From a virus, in the UHGV virus genome UHGV-0319989: a stretch of DNA of 38,413 nt; one strand, given 5' to 3'. Every line of letters starts with the position of its first letter. The first letter of the stretch is position 1. The notes under the pieces were generated by a model, which was not told where the DNA came from, ran no database searches, and saw nothing but the letters and a program-made list of their open reading frames with translations. Positions 9,647-19,427 of this stretch are shown one piece after another. The translations under genes were made by a program, and so were the position numbers.

Positions 9647-10061
9647 GCGTTATCGCACTCCACAGATCATCAAAAGAAATCATTACCGGTCCGTCACGAC
9701 GCCAGAGAGTGATACTGTTACCCAGTTCATTAATCCCGGTGCGGCGGATATCCAGATCAATACGGGACACCACGCCGTCATCAATCATCCATTGCAGGCA
9801 TTCGCGGATATACCCCCTTACCGTCTGCACCAGCTGATTGGTCAGTTTGCTGCGCTGAAGCAGCCACAGTCGGGAGCCGTAACGGTCATTCTGTACCGCA
9901 GGCCAGGTATCCCCCCACCATCCCATCGGGACGTCGGCGTTGTCATCAGGCTCCGCCCGCCGCCAGGTAAACAGGGAAATCACCACGGCGCGGGTCAGCG
10001 GATCCAGTTGTGCGCTGGCGCAGGTGCGTTTACCGTTCACCGTCAGCCACAGTTCCATCAT
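9633..10061 (-). CDS. Phage GP46-family baseplate protein (Mu gp46-like)
   Basis: 142 aa with ...SLFTWRRAEPDD...MGWWGD...GSRLWLL motif typical of the GP46 family. Confidence 0.65.
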   Translation of the reverse strand: MMELWLTVNGKRTCASAQLDPLTRAVVISLFTWRRAEPDDNADVPMGWWGDTWPAVQNDRYGSRLWLLQRSKLTNQLVQTVRGYIRECLQWMIDDGVVSRIDLDIRRTGINELGNSITLWRRDGPVMISFDDLWSAITHGGQ

Positions 10062-10606
10062 GCCTCCATCGCTTTATCAGGTTTGTCGGTGTTACTGCCC
10101 TGACCGTTCTCTCTGTGACGATGCCCGTTATAGGCAAGCCGCATCGCTGACATGGTGGTGCCGGTGGAGTCGCACAGGTCTTTCACCTGTCCGGTCACTT
10201 CCAGGTCCATTTCAAAACGTGCCTTAGGCGCATTGCGAAACGTGATCGTTTTACCTGCACCGTCCACCACGATCCCCTCCCGGGCCAGCGTCACGGACTG
10301 CCCCTGATCGTCATAGACAGCCACCTCACCCGTCTGCAGCCCTTTCAGGCGGTAGCGCCGGTCCGACACCGTAACAACCACCGCATGAGAACGGTCGCCA
10401 TCCGGAAACAACACCACCGCTTCCGCACCGCTGTTTGCCCTTGCGGTAAAACCGTAGGGTTCAAGATGTTCAACCCCGGCTTTGGGTTCACCGGCAATCA
10501 GGGACACATCCACGGTCTGACATTTCGTGGCGGCACTGATGCTTTTCACCACTGCCCGCCCAATCAGGCCGAGGAGTTGTCGCTGCATGGCTTCAATCGC
10601 CCTCAT
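10058..10606 (-). CDS. Baseplate assembly protein V-like (Mu gp45-like spike)
   Basis: 182 aa; position and size; ATGA start/stop overlap with neighbours. Confidence 0.6.
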   Translation of the reverse strand: MRAIEAMQRQLLGLIGRAVVKSISAATKCQTVDVSLIAGEPKAGVEHLEPYGFTARANSGAEAVVLFPDGDRSHAVVVTVSDRRYRLKGLQTGEVAVYDDQGQSVTLAREGIVVDGAGKTITFRNAPKARFEMDLEVTGQVKDLCDSTGTTMSAMRLAYNGHRHRENGQGSNTDKPDKAMEA

Positions 10607-11685
10607 CAGAACGGGTCCTCCTGTACTCTGGCTTTTTTCTTTTTCCGCACGCCGGGATCTTCGGGTTCAGGCAGATAAGCATCAGGCGGGCCGACACGGA
10701 TTTCCGTCAGGGTGCCGTTCTGGTCCTGAGTAAACGTGACTTCCGAAACAAGCAGTTCGGTATTGTCGAAACCACAGACCGGATCGAAGACAATCACCCG
10801 CTGGTTGGGCTGCCACAGCGTACCGTTACCCTGTCGCCAGCCCTGCACCACATAAGTGGTTTCATCCGTCCGCGCCGCCCGTTGTCGGGCTTCAAAGTCA
10901 GCACGCGCAATACAGCCTGCCCCCGTGGCCTGCCCTGTCTGCCTGATATACATCGGACGGTAACGGGCAATAAATGCGTCCTCTGTGCGGGCCCGCAGCG
11001 CGGTGGTGGTGGCCTCACCGAAATCATCGTCGTTTCCGGCACGCTGCCCCGCCACCTGGTAAACAGAAAACCGCTCCCGGATACTCTTCTCCGTATCGCA
11101 GGAAAGGATGTTTTCCCCAAGTACCAGCGCGGTATGTGCCCGCGTTGAGCCAATACCGCCAATCACCAGCCTGCCGTGCGGGTCGTCGTAAGCCAGTGCC
11201 TGCTGCTGACCGAGTATTTTGTTGATTACCTCAATCACCGTTTCACCGTGATCAGGCTGAACATCAGGAATAACACCCGACGGCGCACCGCTGTTCACCA
11301 CCTCAATGCCGAAAGGCGCAGCAAGCGCCTGCGCAATCTGCACCAGCGAGCGTCCGTTAAACTGTGTCGGTTCGGCTGCACAGTCAATCAGGTCAGCCGT
11401 CAGACTACGTCCGGCAATACCGGTGCTGACCGAACGGGCATCGTAACGAACGGGAGTCGCCTCCACCCAGCCGGTAATCACCAGCTCATCACCAATCAGC
11501 ACTTCCACTTTTGAACCGTTTCTAATGCGCGGCTGAAGCGTGGTGATACCCTCATCTCCCGGCCACTGGCGGGTGATCTCCACACTGAAATCCCGCGCCA
11601 GCCGTTCAATACCGGCACCGATGCGCACCGATGTCCAGCCATTCCACTCCCGGCCATTTACCCGTAGCGTGACATTGTCGTTCAT
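10606..11685 (-). CDS. Mu gp44 (P)-like baseplate hub / tail protein
   Basis: 359 aa; synteny in a Mu-type tail module. Confidence 0.55.
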   Translation of the reverse strand: MNDNVTLRVNGREWNGWTSVRIGAGIERLARDFSVEITRQWPGDEGITTLQPRIRNGSKVEVLIGDELVITGWVEATPVRYDARSVSTGIAGRSLTADLIDCAAEPTQFNGRSLVQIAQALAAPFGIEVVNSGAPSGVIPDVQPDHGETVIEVINKILGQQQALAYDDPHGRLVIGGIGSTRAHTALVLGENILSCDTEKSIRERFSVYQVAGQRAGNDDDFGEATTTALRARTEDAFIARYRPMYIRQTGQATGAGCIARADFEARQRAARTDETTYVVQGWRQGNGTLWQPNQRVIVFDPVCGFDNTELLVSEVTFTQDQNGTLTEIRVGPPDAYLPEPEDPGVRKKKKARVQEDPF

Positions 11686-13058
11686 TGCACTGGCACCTTC
11701 AGAGGGATCACCGGCACAAAGCCGGGATGCGTAATGGCATTACGCCGGATAATGTCCGCGTCACGCGCCGCGTTATCAAACCAGGTCGCCGCCAGCACCA
11801 GCGCGGGTAAAACCTCATCCGGTGTGCGCTGAATGATCCGTGCAGACTGTTCAAGGCGCGTGTTGATATCCGCATTCAGATCTGCTTTCACCCGGCGCAG
11901 CGCCAGAAACAGCGCATCACTGGTTGTACGGGACAACTCCTTATCAATTGCCGTATTCAGTGTGTCGCGAATGTCAGTCAGTTCTTCCCACGTCGGCAGG
12001 TCAACCGTGTTTTTCACCGCCGGTGCATTGTTCAGTGCCGGATGCGTGACGGAAGGCCAGCCAGTGCTCTGCGCAGGTGTTGTTGCCTGCCCCACTGCGG
12101 AATTCTGCATCACCGCGGAAGTTGTTGGCGCAGGCAATCGGGTGACGGCATACGCCGCTTCACTGATTGCGGTCGTACGAAGGGTGCTGGCAACCACATT
12201 ACGCTGCTGCGTAGCCGTGGCGGTGGTTTTACTGTCCGTTTTCCAGACGCCGCGCGGTTGCAGATCGCTGCCGAGGCTGACACCGGAAAGCGTTTTGATC
12301 ATGGTGACCAGGTCGCTGGCGTTACCATAAAGGCGTTTCCCGGTACGCCACATTTTCTGCACCTGCTCAACGAGATTTTTGCCTGACGATGGTGGCGGCA
12401 GAAGTACCGAGATATCCCCCTGCAACAGCCTGGCAGCATCCGATACGGCAGAATCCACCACTTTCATCGCATCAGAAACATACCCAAGCATTGTGCTGAC
12501 ATTACCAACGACGTCGTTCTGCACGAAATCCGCCACGCCATCGATACTGAAACCTCTGAAGCTGTCACTGATGCAGTCATCCAGTGCAGAACAGGATGAC
12601 ATCAGCGTCTGCGCCGTCGCCGCACCTGAAGTGGGGTAAGAGAGTTCTCCCGCTTCGACAAACTTCAGGTCAAAGCGGACAATACGCCCTTCACTCTTCG
12701 ATGTGCTGACCCGAACTTCTCCGTCAACACAGACTTTCAGCTCACCGTATGTCGGATGGACAAGCGTGCCGGGACCGGGTTTATTCAGCGCGTCAATCAG
12801 GCGATCGCGCTGGTCAAAGCAGTCATCTCCCACCACATAAGCCGTGATGGACGAGCGAAAAGTGATTTTCCCCAGGTCTTCGGTATAGGGTTTGTCGCGG
12901 TTCGGGTATTCATGTGTTTCCACACGGCGACCGGTTCCCGCACTTTCTTCTTCAACCTTAAACGGCACGCCGCGAAATGACGCGTCCTGAAGTCTGTCAC
13001 GCCAGCCTGAAGACGACGAAAGTAATGAAGGTCGGGTGGGAAATGAGGATAAATCCAT
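11682..13058 (-). CDS. Mu gp43 (N)-like DNA circularisation / tail protein
   Basis: 458 aa; synteny immediately distal to the tape measure gene. Confidence 0.55.
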   Translation of the reverse strand: MDLSSFPTRPSLLSSSSGWRDRLQDASFRGVPFKVEEESAGTGRRVETHEYPNRDKPYTEDLGKITFRSSITAYVVGDDCFDQRDRLIDALNKPGPGTLVHPTYGELKVCVDGEVRVSTSKSEGRIVRFDLKFVEAGELSYPTSGAATAQTLMSSCSALDDCISDSFRGFSIDGVADFVQNDVVGNVSTMLGYVSDAMKVVDSAVSDAARLLQGDISVLLPPPSSGKNLVEQVQKMWRTGKRLYGNASDLVTMIKTLSGVSLGSDLQPRGVWKTDSKTTATATQQRNVVASTLRTTAISEAAYAVTRLPAPTTSAVMQNSAVGQATTPAQSTGWPSVTHPALNNAPAVKNTVDLPTWEELTDIRDTLNTAIDKELSRTTSDALFLALRRVKADLNADINTRLEQSARIIQRTPDEVLPALVLAATWFDNAARDADIIRRNAITHPGFVPVIPLKVPVQ

Positions 13059-13082
13059 AGACTGACCTCAAAAAGGACTGCG

Positions 13083-14990
13083 TTATCGTGGAAAACGAAA
13101 AGGGGAATACCCCACATCGTGCGTGATTTTCATCAGGGGATCGGCTTTGCCCGGTACATCAATTATCTTCATACCTGGCGGAGCATTCTCGAACGTGACT
13201 TTCAGCTCGCTGTGCTGTGTCATGGAAGAAGATGGATTCAACAGCGGAACATTGGGTTTGTACTGACTCAGGCTGGCCTGATACTGCTCGTACTCTTTAC
13301 GATCAAAAAAAGGCGTCCAGTCTGAAGCCAGAAACAGCCCTTTATTATCCAGCCAGTTAACCGTATCTTCAGGAACAACACTTTCCAGAGTATCTTTAAC
13401 CGGCTCATACATCAGGGTTCCCAGAAAACCATATACCCCGGCCTTCCCGATAAAGCCGCGGCCTTTCCCCATCAATCCCGTTTCTGCCGATACCTTCCCC
13501 AGCGTACGCATCTCTCTGGTCACTGCGGTAATGGATTTGGTAACGTCAGCAACCCATTTGGTTGCCATAAACAGGGCAATCGCTTTCAGAACAGTTTCCC
13601 ATCCCCCCATCGCCTGCGCCGTTTCATCCACCACGTGCCAGACTTTTTTTATGACAGGACCTACGGTTTCCCAGTTATCAATAATGAGGTAAGCGCCACC
13701 AACCAGAAGAGCAATCAGCCCCTTAGCAGGCGTCATATTCATCACACCGCCGAGAACTTTCATAATTCTGGACAAAGAGCCTGCAGCGGCTCCCACCGTC
13801 AGTAAGGCCAGACCGATTTTAGCAATGGTCTTAACGAGCTCCGGGTTTTCACGGACAAACGTTCTCACTTCCTCAAGGAGCGGTTTTACCTCTTCAAGAC
13901 CATCATTAACCTCAGGAAGAAACGTTTCCCCCAGCGTGGAAGAAATGGCATCAAGTTGATTTTGCAGAAGTAAAAGCTGGTTTTCCGTCGTCGCTGCCCT
14001 CGAAGCATATTCCTTCTGCATCGAACTGCCATACTGCTGGGAATCCGCAACCCGCCTGAAGTTGGTACGCAACAAATCAAGGTTAGTCAGCAGAGGTGCT
14101 ATCGCGCCCAGAGACTCTTTCCCGAACAGGGCATTCAGCACAGCTGCCTGTTTTTCTTTGGGCACTTTAGCCATCGCATCCAGTACAGACAGCATGGTTC
14201 CCCGGGCATCTTTCTGCATATCAGCAGCTAATTTCTTCGGATTGATCCGCAGAAAACGTAATGCCTGTTTCTGCGATTTTGTCGCGGAATTTCCCGCGGT
14301 CAGGGAAAGCATGAAGTTCTTGATCCCTGTGGCGGCAATTTCTGACTCCACGCCCATCCCGGCAATGGTTGCCCCCATTGCCGCGATTTCGCCGGAAGCC
14401 ACACCTGCAACACCACCTAAAGGACCAATACGCGTAACAATATCGGAGATTTTCTTCGCATTCGCCGGGCCGGTATTACCAAGGTAGTTGATTTTGTCAG
14501 CCAGCCCGGCCACTTCATCCTGCGTCATATTAAACGCAGTACGCCACTGGGCCATCATCTGCCCGGACTCTTCAGCCGTGGTATCAAAGGCCACGCCCAT
14601 CTTCACCGCATCAGTGGCAAACTGCATCAGTTCATCACGTGCAATCCCGGCCTGACCGCCAGCCGCCACAATTTCCGCGATCCCGTCTGCAGACATGGGA
14701 AGCTCAGTAGACAAAGCGCGTACCTGCTCCGTCATGGCCTTAAACGCATCCGGCGTATCCAGACCGTCTACCACTTTGCGGACATCAGCCATCTTCGATT
14801 CAAGGGTGATGGCTGATTTTACAGGGAGTGCCAGTGCCCCCATTATTGCAGTACCCGCCCCGGCAGCGCCCAGAGCAAGGCTGGAGACTTCTTTCTGAAA
14901 CCCCTTAAGCTGACGCTGCATACCTTTAAGCGGGCCGGACAGCCTGTCAACGGCGGTGATGATGGCTTTCAGCTGAAAATTATCAGCCAT
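13083..14990 (-). CDS. Tail tape measure protein
   Basis: 635 aa, Ala/Gly-rich helical sequence with the typical TMP core (...AAGGQAGIARDELMQFATDAVKMGVAFDTT...); follows the chaperone gene. Confidence 0.85.
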   Translation of the reverse strand: MADNFQLKAIITAVDRLSGPLKGMQRQLKGFQKEVSSLALGAAGAGTAIMGALALPVKSAITLESKMADVRKVVDGLDTPDAFKAMTEQVRALSTELPMSADGIAEIVAAGGQAGIARDELMQFATDAVKMGVAFDTTAEESGQMMAQWRTAFNMTQDEVAGLADKINYLGNTGPANAKKISDIVTRIGPLGGVAGVASGEIAAMGATIAGMGVESEIAATGIKNFMLSLTAGNSATKSQKQALRFLRINPKKLAADMQKDARGTMLSVLDAMAKVPKEKQAAVLNALFGKESLGAIAPLLTNLDLLRTNFRRVADSQQYGSSMQKEYASRAATTENQLLLLQNQLDAISSTLGETFLPEVNDGLEEVKPLLEEVRTFVRENPELVKTIAKIGLALLTVGAAAGSLSRIMKVLGGVMNMTPAKGLIALLVGGAYLIIDNWETVGPVIKKVWHVVDETAQAMGGWETVLKAIALFMATKWVADVTKSITAVTREMRTLGKVSAETGLMGKGRGFIGKAGVYGFLGTLMYEPVKDTLESVVPEDTVNWLDNKGLFLASDWTPFFDRKEYEQYQASLSQYKPNVPLLNPSSSMTQHSELKVTFENAPPGMKIIDVPGKADPLMKITHDVGYSPFRFPR

Positions 14991-15074
14991 GCTTCATCTC
15001 CTCATTTATACGGACGGCCTCTGCCTCCAGATCAGCAAAGTGGGAAATAGCCGTCCGGCGAAGTTCAAGGGGGT

Positions 15075-15398
15075 TTAATTTCCAGAACCACGCGACATTG
15101 TAGAATCGCTTCCGGAGGTCTCTTCCGTCTCCAAGCCGGTAAAAAAACGCATTACAATCATGCCTGCCTTGAAAATATCCAGCTTCGTCATCTGCGCTGC
15201 AGACGAGCGCGGGATCCCGGCCAGAAGCGGGATATATTTCAGCGCTACCTGACTGTCCATTTTCATACCACCATCAGGTGAAACAGAGAAAGGGAACCCC
15301 AGCGCCTCAATCTCGTCATACGTAGGCTCACGTATTTCCAGCACATGCAGTGTTTCTTTGTGGGCGATGATCGGTTTTTTAAGTACAAGCTCAATCAC
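15075..15398 (-). CDS. Tail assembly chaperone (Mu gp41-like), 0-frame product
   Basis: 107 aa between tube and tape-measure genes; contains the slippery heptamer. Confidence 0.55.
   Translation of the reverse strand: MIELVLKKPIIAHKETLHVLEIREPTYDEIEALGFPFSVSPDGGMKMDSQVALKYIPLLAGIPRSSAAQMTKLDIFKAGMIVMRFFTGLETEETSGSDSTMSRGSGN
15141..15147 (-). other. Putative -1 programmed ribosomal frameshift heptamer (T_TTT_TTT) in the tail assembly chaperone gene
   Basis: On the coding strand CGT-TTT-TTT-ACC. The -1 frame is open from here for 54 codons across the otherwise empty gap to a TGA overlapping the tape-measure ATG. Confidence 0.5.
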
Positions 15399-15751
15399 TG
15401 GTAATCCCCTTCTTCACCGTGGAACTCAAGATCAACCGTGCCTTCTTCGGCATTATGGTTCGCTTCGCCGTGCAGCCAGGCAGACGACAGTACATAGACC
15501 TGACCGTTCGCCAGCTCGGCAGTGATGGTCATCTCATCAGACGAGGTGATTTTGTTCACCGGAAAATTCTTCGGCACCTTGAAGGTCCCTTTGACATAGG
15601 GCGCACGGTGAGTTTCCTTGCGGTCCACTGAACCGTCCAGGCCGATGATGTCATCATTGACCGTCCTGTTCATGGGCACCTCAATGCCGCCGGTCAGCGA
15701 TAGCTGCTGACCGTCAATTTTGAAATAACAGGTTCCCCCGATACGGGCCAT
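15395..15751 (-). CDS. Tail tube protein (Mu gp40-like)
   Basis: 118 aa immediately downstream of the sheath gene; ATGA overlap. Confidence 0.6.
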   Translation of the reverse strand: MARIGGTCYFKIDGQQLSLTGGIEVPMNRTVNDDIIGLDGSVDRKETHRAPYVKGTFKVPKNFPVNKITSSDEMTITAELANGQVYVLSSAWLHGEANHNAEEGTVDLEFHGEEGDYQ

Positions 15752-17244
15752 TATGCAGACTCCTCTGAATACTGAAGACGGAACTGGTTAACCACGGCAA
15801 AGACACGCAACTGGTTAACATAGTCAGGCGGGAACAGCGTGTTCAGGCGGTTCGGATCGCTGGCATCACGCTCCACAACCAGGTACTGCTTAAACAGTTC
15901 GTAGTTTTCCACGATCCCCGCACGCTCAAGCTGACGGTAGGTTGCCAGCAGTTCCCCTTTGATCACCGCCGGGGTGACAATCGCCTGACCGGAACCAAAG
16001 CGGGTACCGTCGCTGGCAAGCTTGTGACGCCCGTACTTACTGGTAATGACGGATTTCAGTTTGCGCAGCACATACGCGCTGGTATGCAGCGTCTCGCTGT
16101 CGAGGTAGCTGTTATCCGCAACACCGTAAGCGTTTTTCCTGTACGTGGTGACATCACGCTGAATGCGCAGCACCCCGCTTTCGACACACGCCGTTGCCAC
16201 GCCATGAGACAGCAGGGTCTGTTGTTCGGTCATCGTGAACCGTTTCCCCTTCGGCGCAGGCAGCATACCCACCAGCTCACCGGTCTGCGTGGGACGTGCC
16301 GGATCGTTGCGGATAAACACCGCTGCGCGGGCGGTACGGCTTGCCGCCAGCTCGTCGGCAGGCGTCTGGGTCTCTTTTTCGTATCCCGCCAGGGTAATGT
16401 GCTGCTGGTTAAACTGGTCACCTGCGGTCACCAGTTCTGACAGCGTGCCGATCTTTGCCGTATACACATGACCATACAGCTGACGCGCATAGCTCCAGCG
16501 ACCGCTGGTATCGTTCATCTCGGTCACCAGCGTGTTAACGGAGGCTGTGTCGTTGAACGGCAGGCCGATATAATCAAACGGCTCATCCGCCATTGCAGCC
16601 ACCGCGCCGGTGAGAACCGGAGCGCCCGTTCCGGCGGTACCCGTCGCCACGGCAATCTGTACGCCCGCTGGCAGCACTTCGCCCCCACCAAAGCCGTAGT
16701 AATTGAGGCTGACAGGAATTTCATTCCCGCAAAGCCCCTTATGACGCGCGGTCAGTGTGACCACGCCTGCCGAAGATGAGGCAGTAAACGGCAGGGTCGG
16801 AACGGCATTGATGGCATCCTGGATACTGCTGGCAATCGTCGCAACGTTATCGCCGTTGGTCACCGGTGCCTGCACGCGGGTACGTCCCACATAAACATTC
16901 ACCGTGCCGGTTTCGGTTGCCGCGCCGGTCACCGTCAGCGTAACCGTTGCCGCCGCGCCCGTGGATTCAGGAACGGCAATCACATATAGCTCGCCAAACG
17001 GGTCGGTCTGGCGATAAGCCTCAACCATACGCGCCAGCTGACTTCCCGCACCACAAATCTGGCGTGCATAGTCTGCCGACGGCATCAGTACCAGACTGTT
17101 GGCAACAATCTCTGCACCGTTATTGGCATGACCAATCAGCAGCGATGCTCCGCTGTCCTGTGCAGTATTCGCCGCCTGATTATCCATTTCCGCATAAAAC
17201 AGCGGAACCAGCGTATTCGACGGAATGGTGTTAAAGCTCGTCAT
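15751..17244 (-). CDS. Contractile tail sheath protein (Mu gp39-like)
   Basis: 497 aa; size and position ahead of the tube gene in a contractile-tail operon. Confidence 0.8.
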   Translation of the reverse strand: MTSFNTIPSNTLVPLFYAEMDNQAANTAQDSGASLLIGHANNGAEIVANSLVLMPSADYARQICGAGSQLARMVEAYRQTDPFGELYVIAVPESTGAAATVTLTVTGAATETGTVNVYVGRTRVQAPVTNGDNVATIASSIQDAINAVPTLPFTASSSAGVVTLTARHKGLCGNEIPVSLNYYGFGGGEVLPAGVQIAVATGTAGTGAPVLTGAVAAMADEPFDYIGLPFNDTASVNTLVTEMNDTSGRWSYARQLYGHVYTAKIGTLSELVTAGDQFNQQHITLAGYEKETQTPADELAASRTARAAVFIRNDPARPTQTGELVGMLPAPKGKRFTMTEQQTLLSHGVATACVESGVLRIQRDVTTYRKNAYGVADNSYLDSETLHTSAYVLRKLKSVITSKYGRHKLASDGTRFGSGQAIVTPAVIKGELLATYRQLERAGIVENYELFKQYLVVERDASDPNRLNTLFPPDYVNQLRVFAVVNQFRLQYSEESA

Positions 17245-17398
17245 CGGTATTCACCTTTTTATTCACGCGCCGGATATCACCCGCTACTTCACGGCGCAGC
17301 CAGTAGTTGTTCTCGTCAACATTTCGCCCTTCGGCGGGCAAAAGGTCGCCGCGGGCAGGGTCAGGAACTGACCGCCCTTTAACAGGTTTGACAAACAT
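17231..17398 (-). CDS. Small conserved phage protein (55 aa; Mu gp38 / DUF2635-like)
   Basis: MFVKPVKGRSVPDPARGDLLPAEGRNVDENNYWLRREVAGDIRRVNKKVNTDDEL; fills the gap before the sheath gene and overlaps its start. Below the ORF-track threshold. Confidence 0.5.
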   Translation of the reverse strand: MFVKPVKGRSVPDPARGDLLPAEGRNVDENNYWLRREVAGDIRRVNKKVNTDDEL

Positions 17399-17406
17399 GA
17401 GGATCC

Positions 17407-17967
17407 TCAGGAAGGAAGGGTTATTTCGGTGTGATGTTCGATATCGCCGTCAGGCCCGTTACCGGGCTCGAGATAATCAACATCAATCGCCAGCGTTTGC
17501 AGTTCATCCAGACTGTTCAGATCATCCTGCTGGCGGGTATCGTCTTCAGTCAGCTCGCTGATGACCGAAAAATCGAACTGATAAATCAGCTCATGACGAT
17601 TCAGATCCAGCAGCGTGCCGCCGTCATAGGTAATCGGGTTACCGCACGCTTCCGGGTTCCAGCCCAGCAGGGCCTTAAAGAGCATCTGCCGGACATCGTC
17701 CACCACATCATACGAGGCAAACTGACCGCGCTCATCACGCCCGTTACTCAGTATGACAACCACGGAGAAGCCCTCTTTCAGCTCCTGCCAGTAGTCGGTC
17801 TGGCTTTTGTTTTCTCCCGGAGAGTCATCACCCGGTACCACATACGCCGCCGGGAGTCTCAGCTTTCCGACCTCCGGCAGATTTTTGAACTGTGCCGCGC
17901 CTGCCACCCGGTTTTCAAAATACGGGCAGCGGGCACGCAGCGCAGCAATAACAGGCGTCAGTTTCAT
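17407..17967 (-). CDS. Tail completion / virion protein (Mu gp37-like, DUF1834-type)
   Basis: 186 aa; synteny. Confidence 0.55.
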   Translation of the reverse strand: MKLTPVIAALRARCPYFENRVAGAAQFKNLPEVGKLRLPAAYVVPGDDSPGENKSQTDYWQELKEGFSVVVILSNGRDERGQFASYDVVDDVRQMLFKALLGWNPEACGNPITYDGGTLLDLNRHELIYQFDFSVISELTEDDTRQQDDLNSLDELQTLAIDVDYLEPGNGPDGDIEHHTEITLPS

Positions 17968-18470
17968 CTGTGTCGTCGCTCCGGCTTCAGTGATTTACGC
18001 AATTCCCGCGCCAGAAAATAGCGTGTCCAGCTGCGGTTCTTTTCAAGAGTTTCCACCATGAAGTTATTACGTGGAGCCAGTCGCCAGCCGCTGCCACCGG
18101 ATGCACCACGATGATGACTACGACGACGTTTTGCTCCTCCCCGGACACCAAAAAACAGAAACGCCGGATAGAAGTCACCAGAGATCATCCGGTTCCCCTT
18201 CCCGTTGCGCTGGTTAGGGGCAATGCGTGTCATAAAACCGGCTCGCTTTTTACTGGCTCTCGGCACCATATAACCAATCGAACGAGCCAGGCGTCCGGTC
18301 TGATAACCGGGGTTTTCACCCGGTGCCGACCGCGCACGGCGCATCACCAGCCGACGGGCATCACGCATATGACGCTGCCCAATCGTGACAAACGCCCGCC
18401 GGACACGGGCGCGGTTAAAGCGCATCTCGGCGGGCTGCTGAACATCAACGTGAAAAAAGGGAGTCGCCAT
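17964..18470 (-). CDS. Virion morphogenesis protein (HK97 gp10 / Mu gp36-like)
   Basis: 168 aa basic protein; synteny between the head-tail joining genes and the tail module. Confidence 0.55.
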   Translation of the reverse strand: MATPFFHVDVQQPAEMRFNRARVRRAFVTIGQRHMRDARRLVMRRARSAPGENPGYQTGRLARSIGYMVPRASKKRAGFMTRIAPNQRNGKGNRMISGDFYPAFLFFGVRGGAKRRRSHHRGASGGSGWRLAPRNNFMVETLEKNRSWTRYFLARELRKSLKPERRHR

Positions 18471-18855
18471 TGCTGCCTCCGTGACTCTGCCTACATTCGC
18501 CCAGCTCCGTACACTCCAGCAGCAGAAAGCGCCGCGCCCCGTTCAGATCACGCTGACGTTTCACCCGGTACACACTGTCACCGCAGACCACCTCATAATC
18601 AGCGGTGATCCCCCGGCGGTAACGAATGGTGATGTAATGGGTGATGGCGTCCCCGGTCTGCGCGGTTTCCTGCCAGGTGGTGGCACTGGTCTGGATAACC
18701 TTCGCCCATGTCCGGAACGTAACCGGGTATTGAGGCTCCACGCCAAAGTTATCCGCGGGCATATCCACCCGCAGGCGGATCAGGACGTGTTTATTCAGTT
18801 CACCGGGGTCCGGCAGAATGTAGGTTGCGCTGGTCTGCGCCTGACGAATTTTCAT
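18445..18855 (-). CDS. Head-tail adaptor / head closure protein
   Basis: 136 aa; position after the connector. Confidence 0.55.
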   Translation of the reverse strand: MKIRQAQTSATYILPDPGELNKHVLIRLRVDMPADNFGVEPQYPVTFRTWAKVIQTSATTWQETAQTGDAITHYITIRYRRGITADYEVVCGDSVYRVKRQRDLNGARRFLLLECTELGECRQSHGGSNGDSLFSR

Positions 18856-19175
18856 TGCGGAAAGTACCTGTACGGGCCGACAAGCCAGCCAAAACTCTGC
18901 GGCATGTCGAGTTTCTCCACTTCCGTAACCGACGAGCGGTTTTCGTAAAAATGGCTGATAAGCATCAGCATCCCCAGACGAATATCATCCGGCAGGTGCA
19001 GCCCGTCCGGATCGCTCTCCGGAATGGTTTCATCCGGTGCATAGAGCTTCCGGTTCAGATACGTTTCCGTCCGCTTTTGCGCCGCACAGGCCAGCAGTTG
19101 CAGATGGCGGTCATCAGCATCGAAATCCTCATCCAGCCGGAGTTGGGCTTTAATCTCTTCCATTGTCAGAAGCAT
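18852..19175 (-). CDS. Head-tail connector protein (gp6-like)
   Basis: 107 aa acidic protein; position after the capsid gene. Confidence 0.6.
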   Translation of the reverse strand: MLLTMEEIKAQLRLDEDFDADDRHLQLLACAAQKRTETYLNRKLYAPDETIPESDPDGLHLPDDIRLGMLMLISHFYENRSSVTEVEKLDMPQSFGWLVGPYRYFPQ

Positions 19176-19177
19176 AC

Positions 19178-19378
19178 TCAGCCCTCTTTACTGGTCGTGG
19201 CTTTTTTCTCTTTTGCCGCTTTACTGCTTTTTGCACTGGTTCCGCGCTCTGCTAACCCGGCCTGAAGTGCAATCTCCTGCACCCGGGCAGGAAGCGCCCC
19301 GTCGTCATACTCACCGGCCCGAATGACCTCAACACGCATACCGTCCGGTGACCATTTCAGATCTTGTTTCAGGATCAT
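19178..19378 (-). CDS. Small hypothetical head-module protein
   Basis: 66 aa with Lys/Ala-rich tail; between capsid and connector. Confidence 0.4.
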   Translation of the reverse strand: MILKQDLKWSPDGMRVEVIRAGEYDDGALPARVQEIALQAGLAERGTSAKSSKAAKEKKATTSKEG

Positions 19379-19427
19379 GATTCTTCACCCGTCAGAACAG
19401 GGGGCGCGGTTCCGCCCCCCTGAGTGA

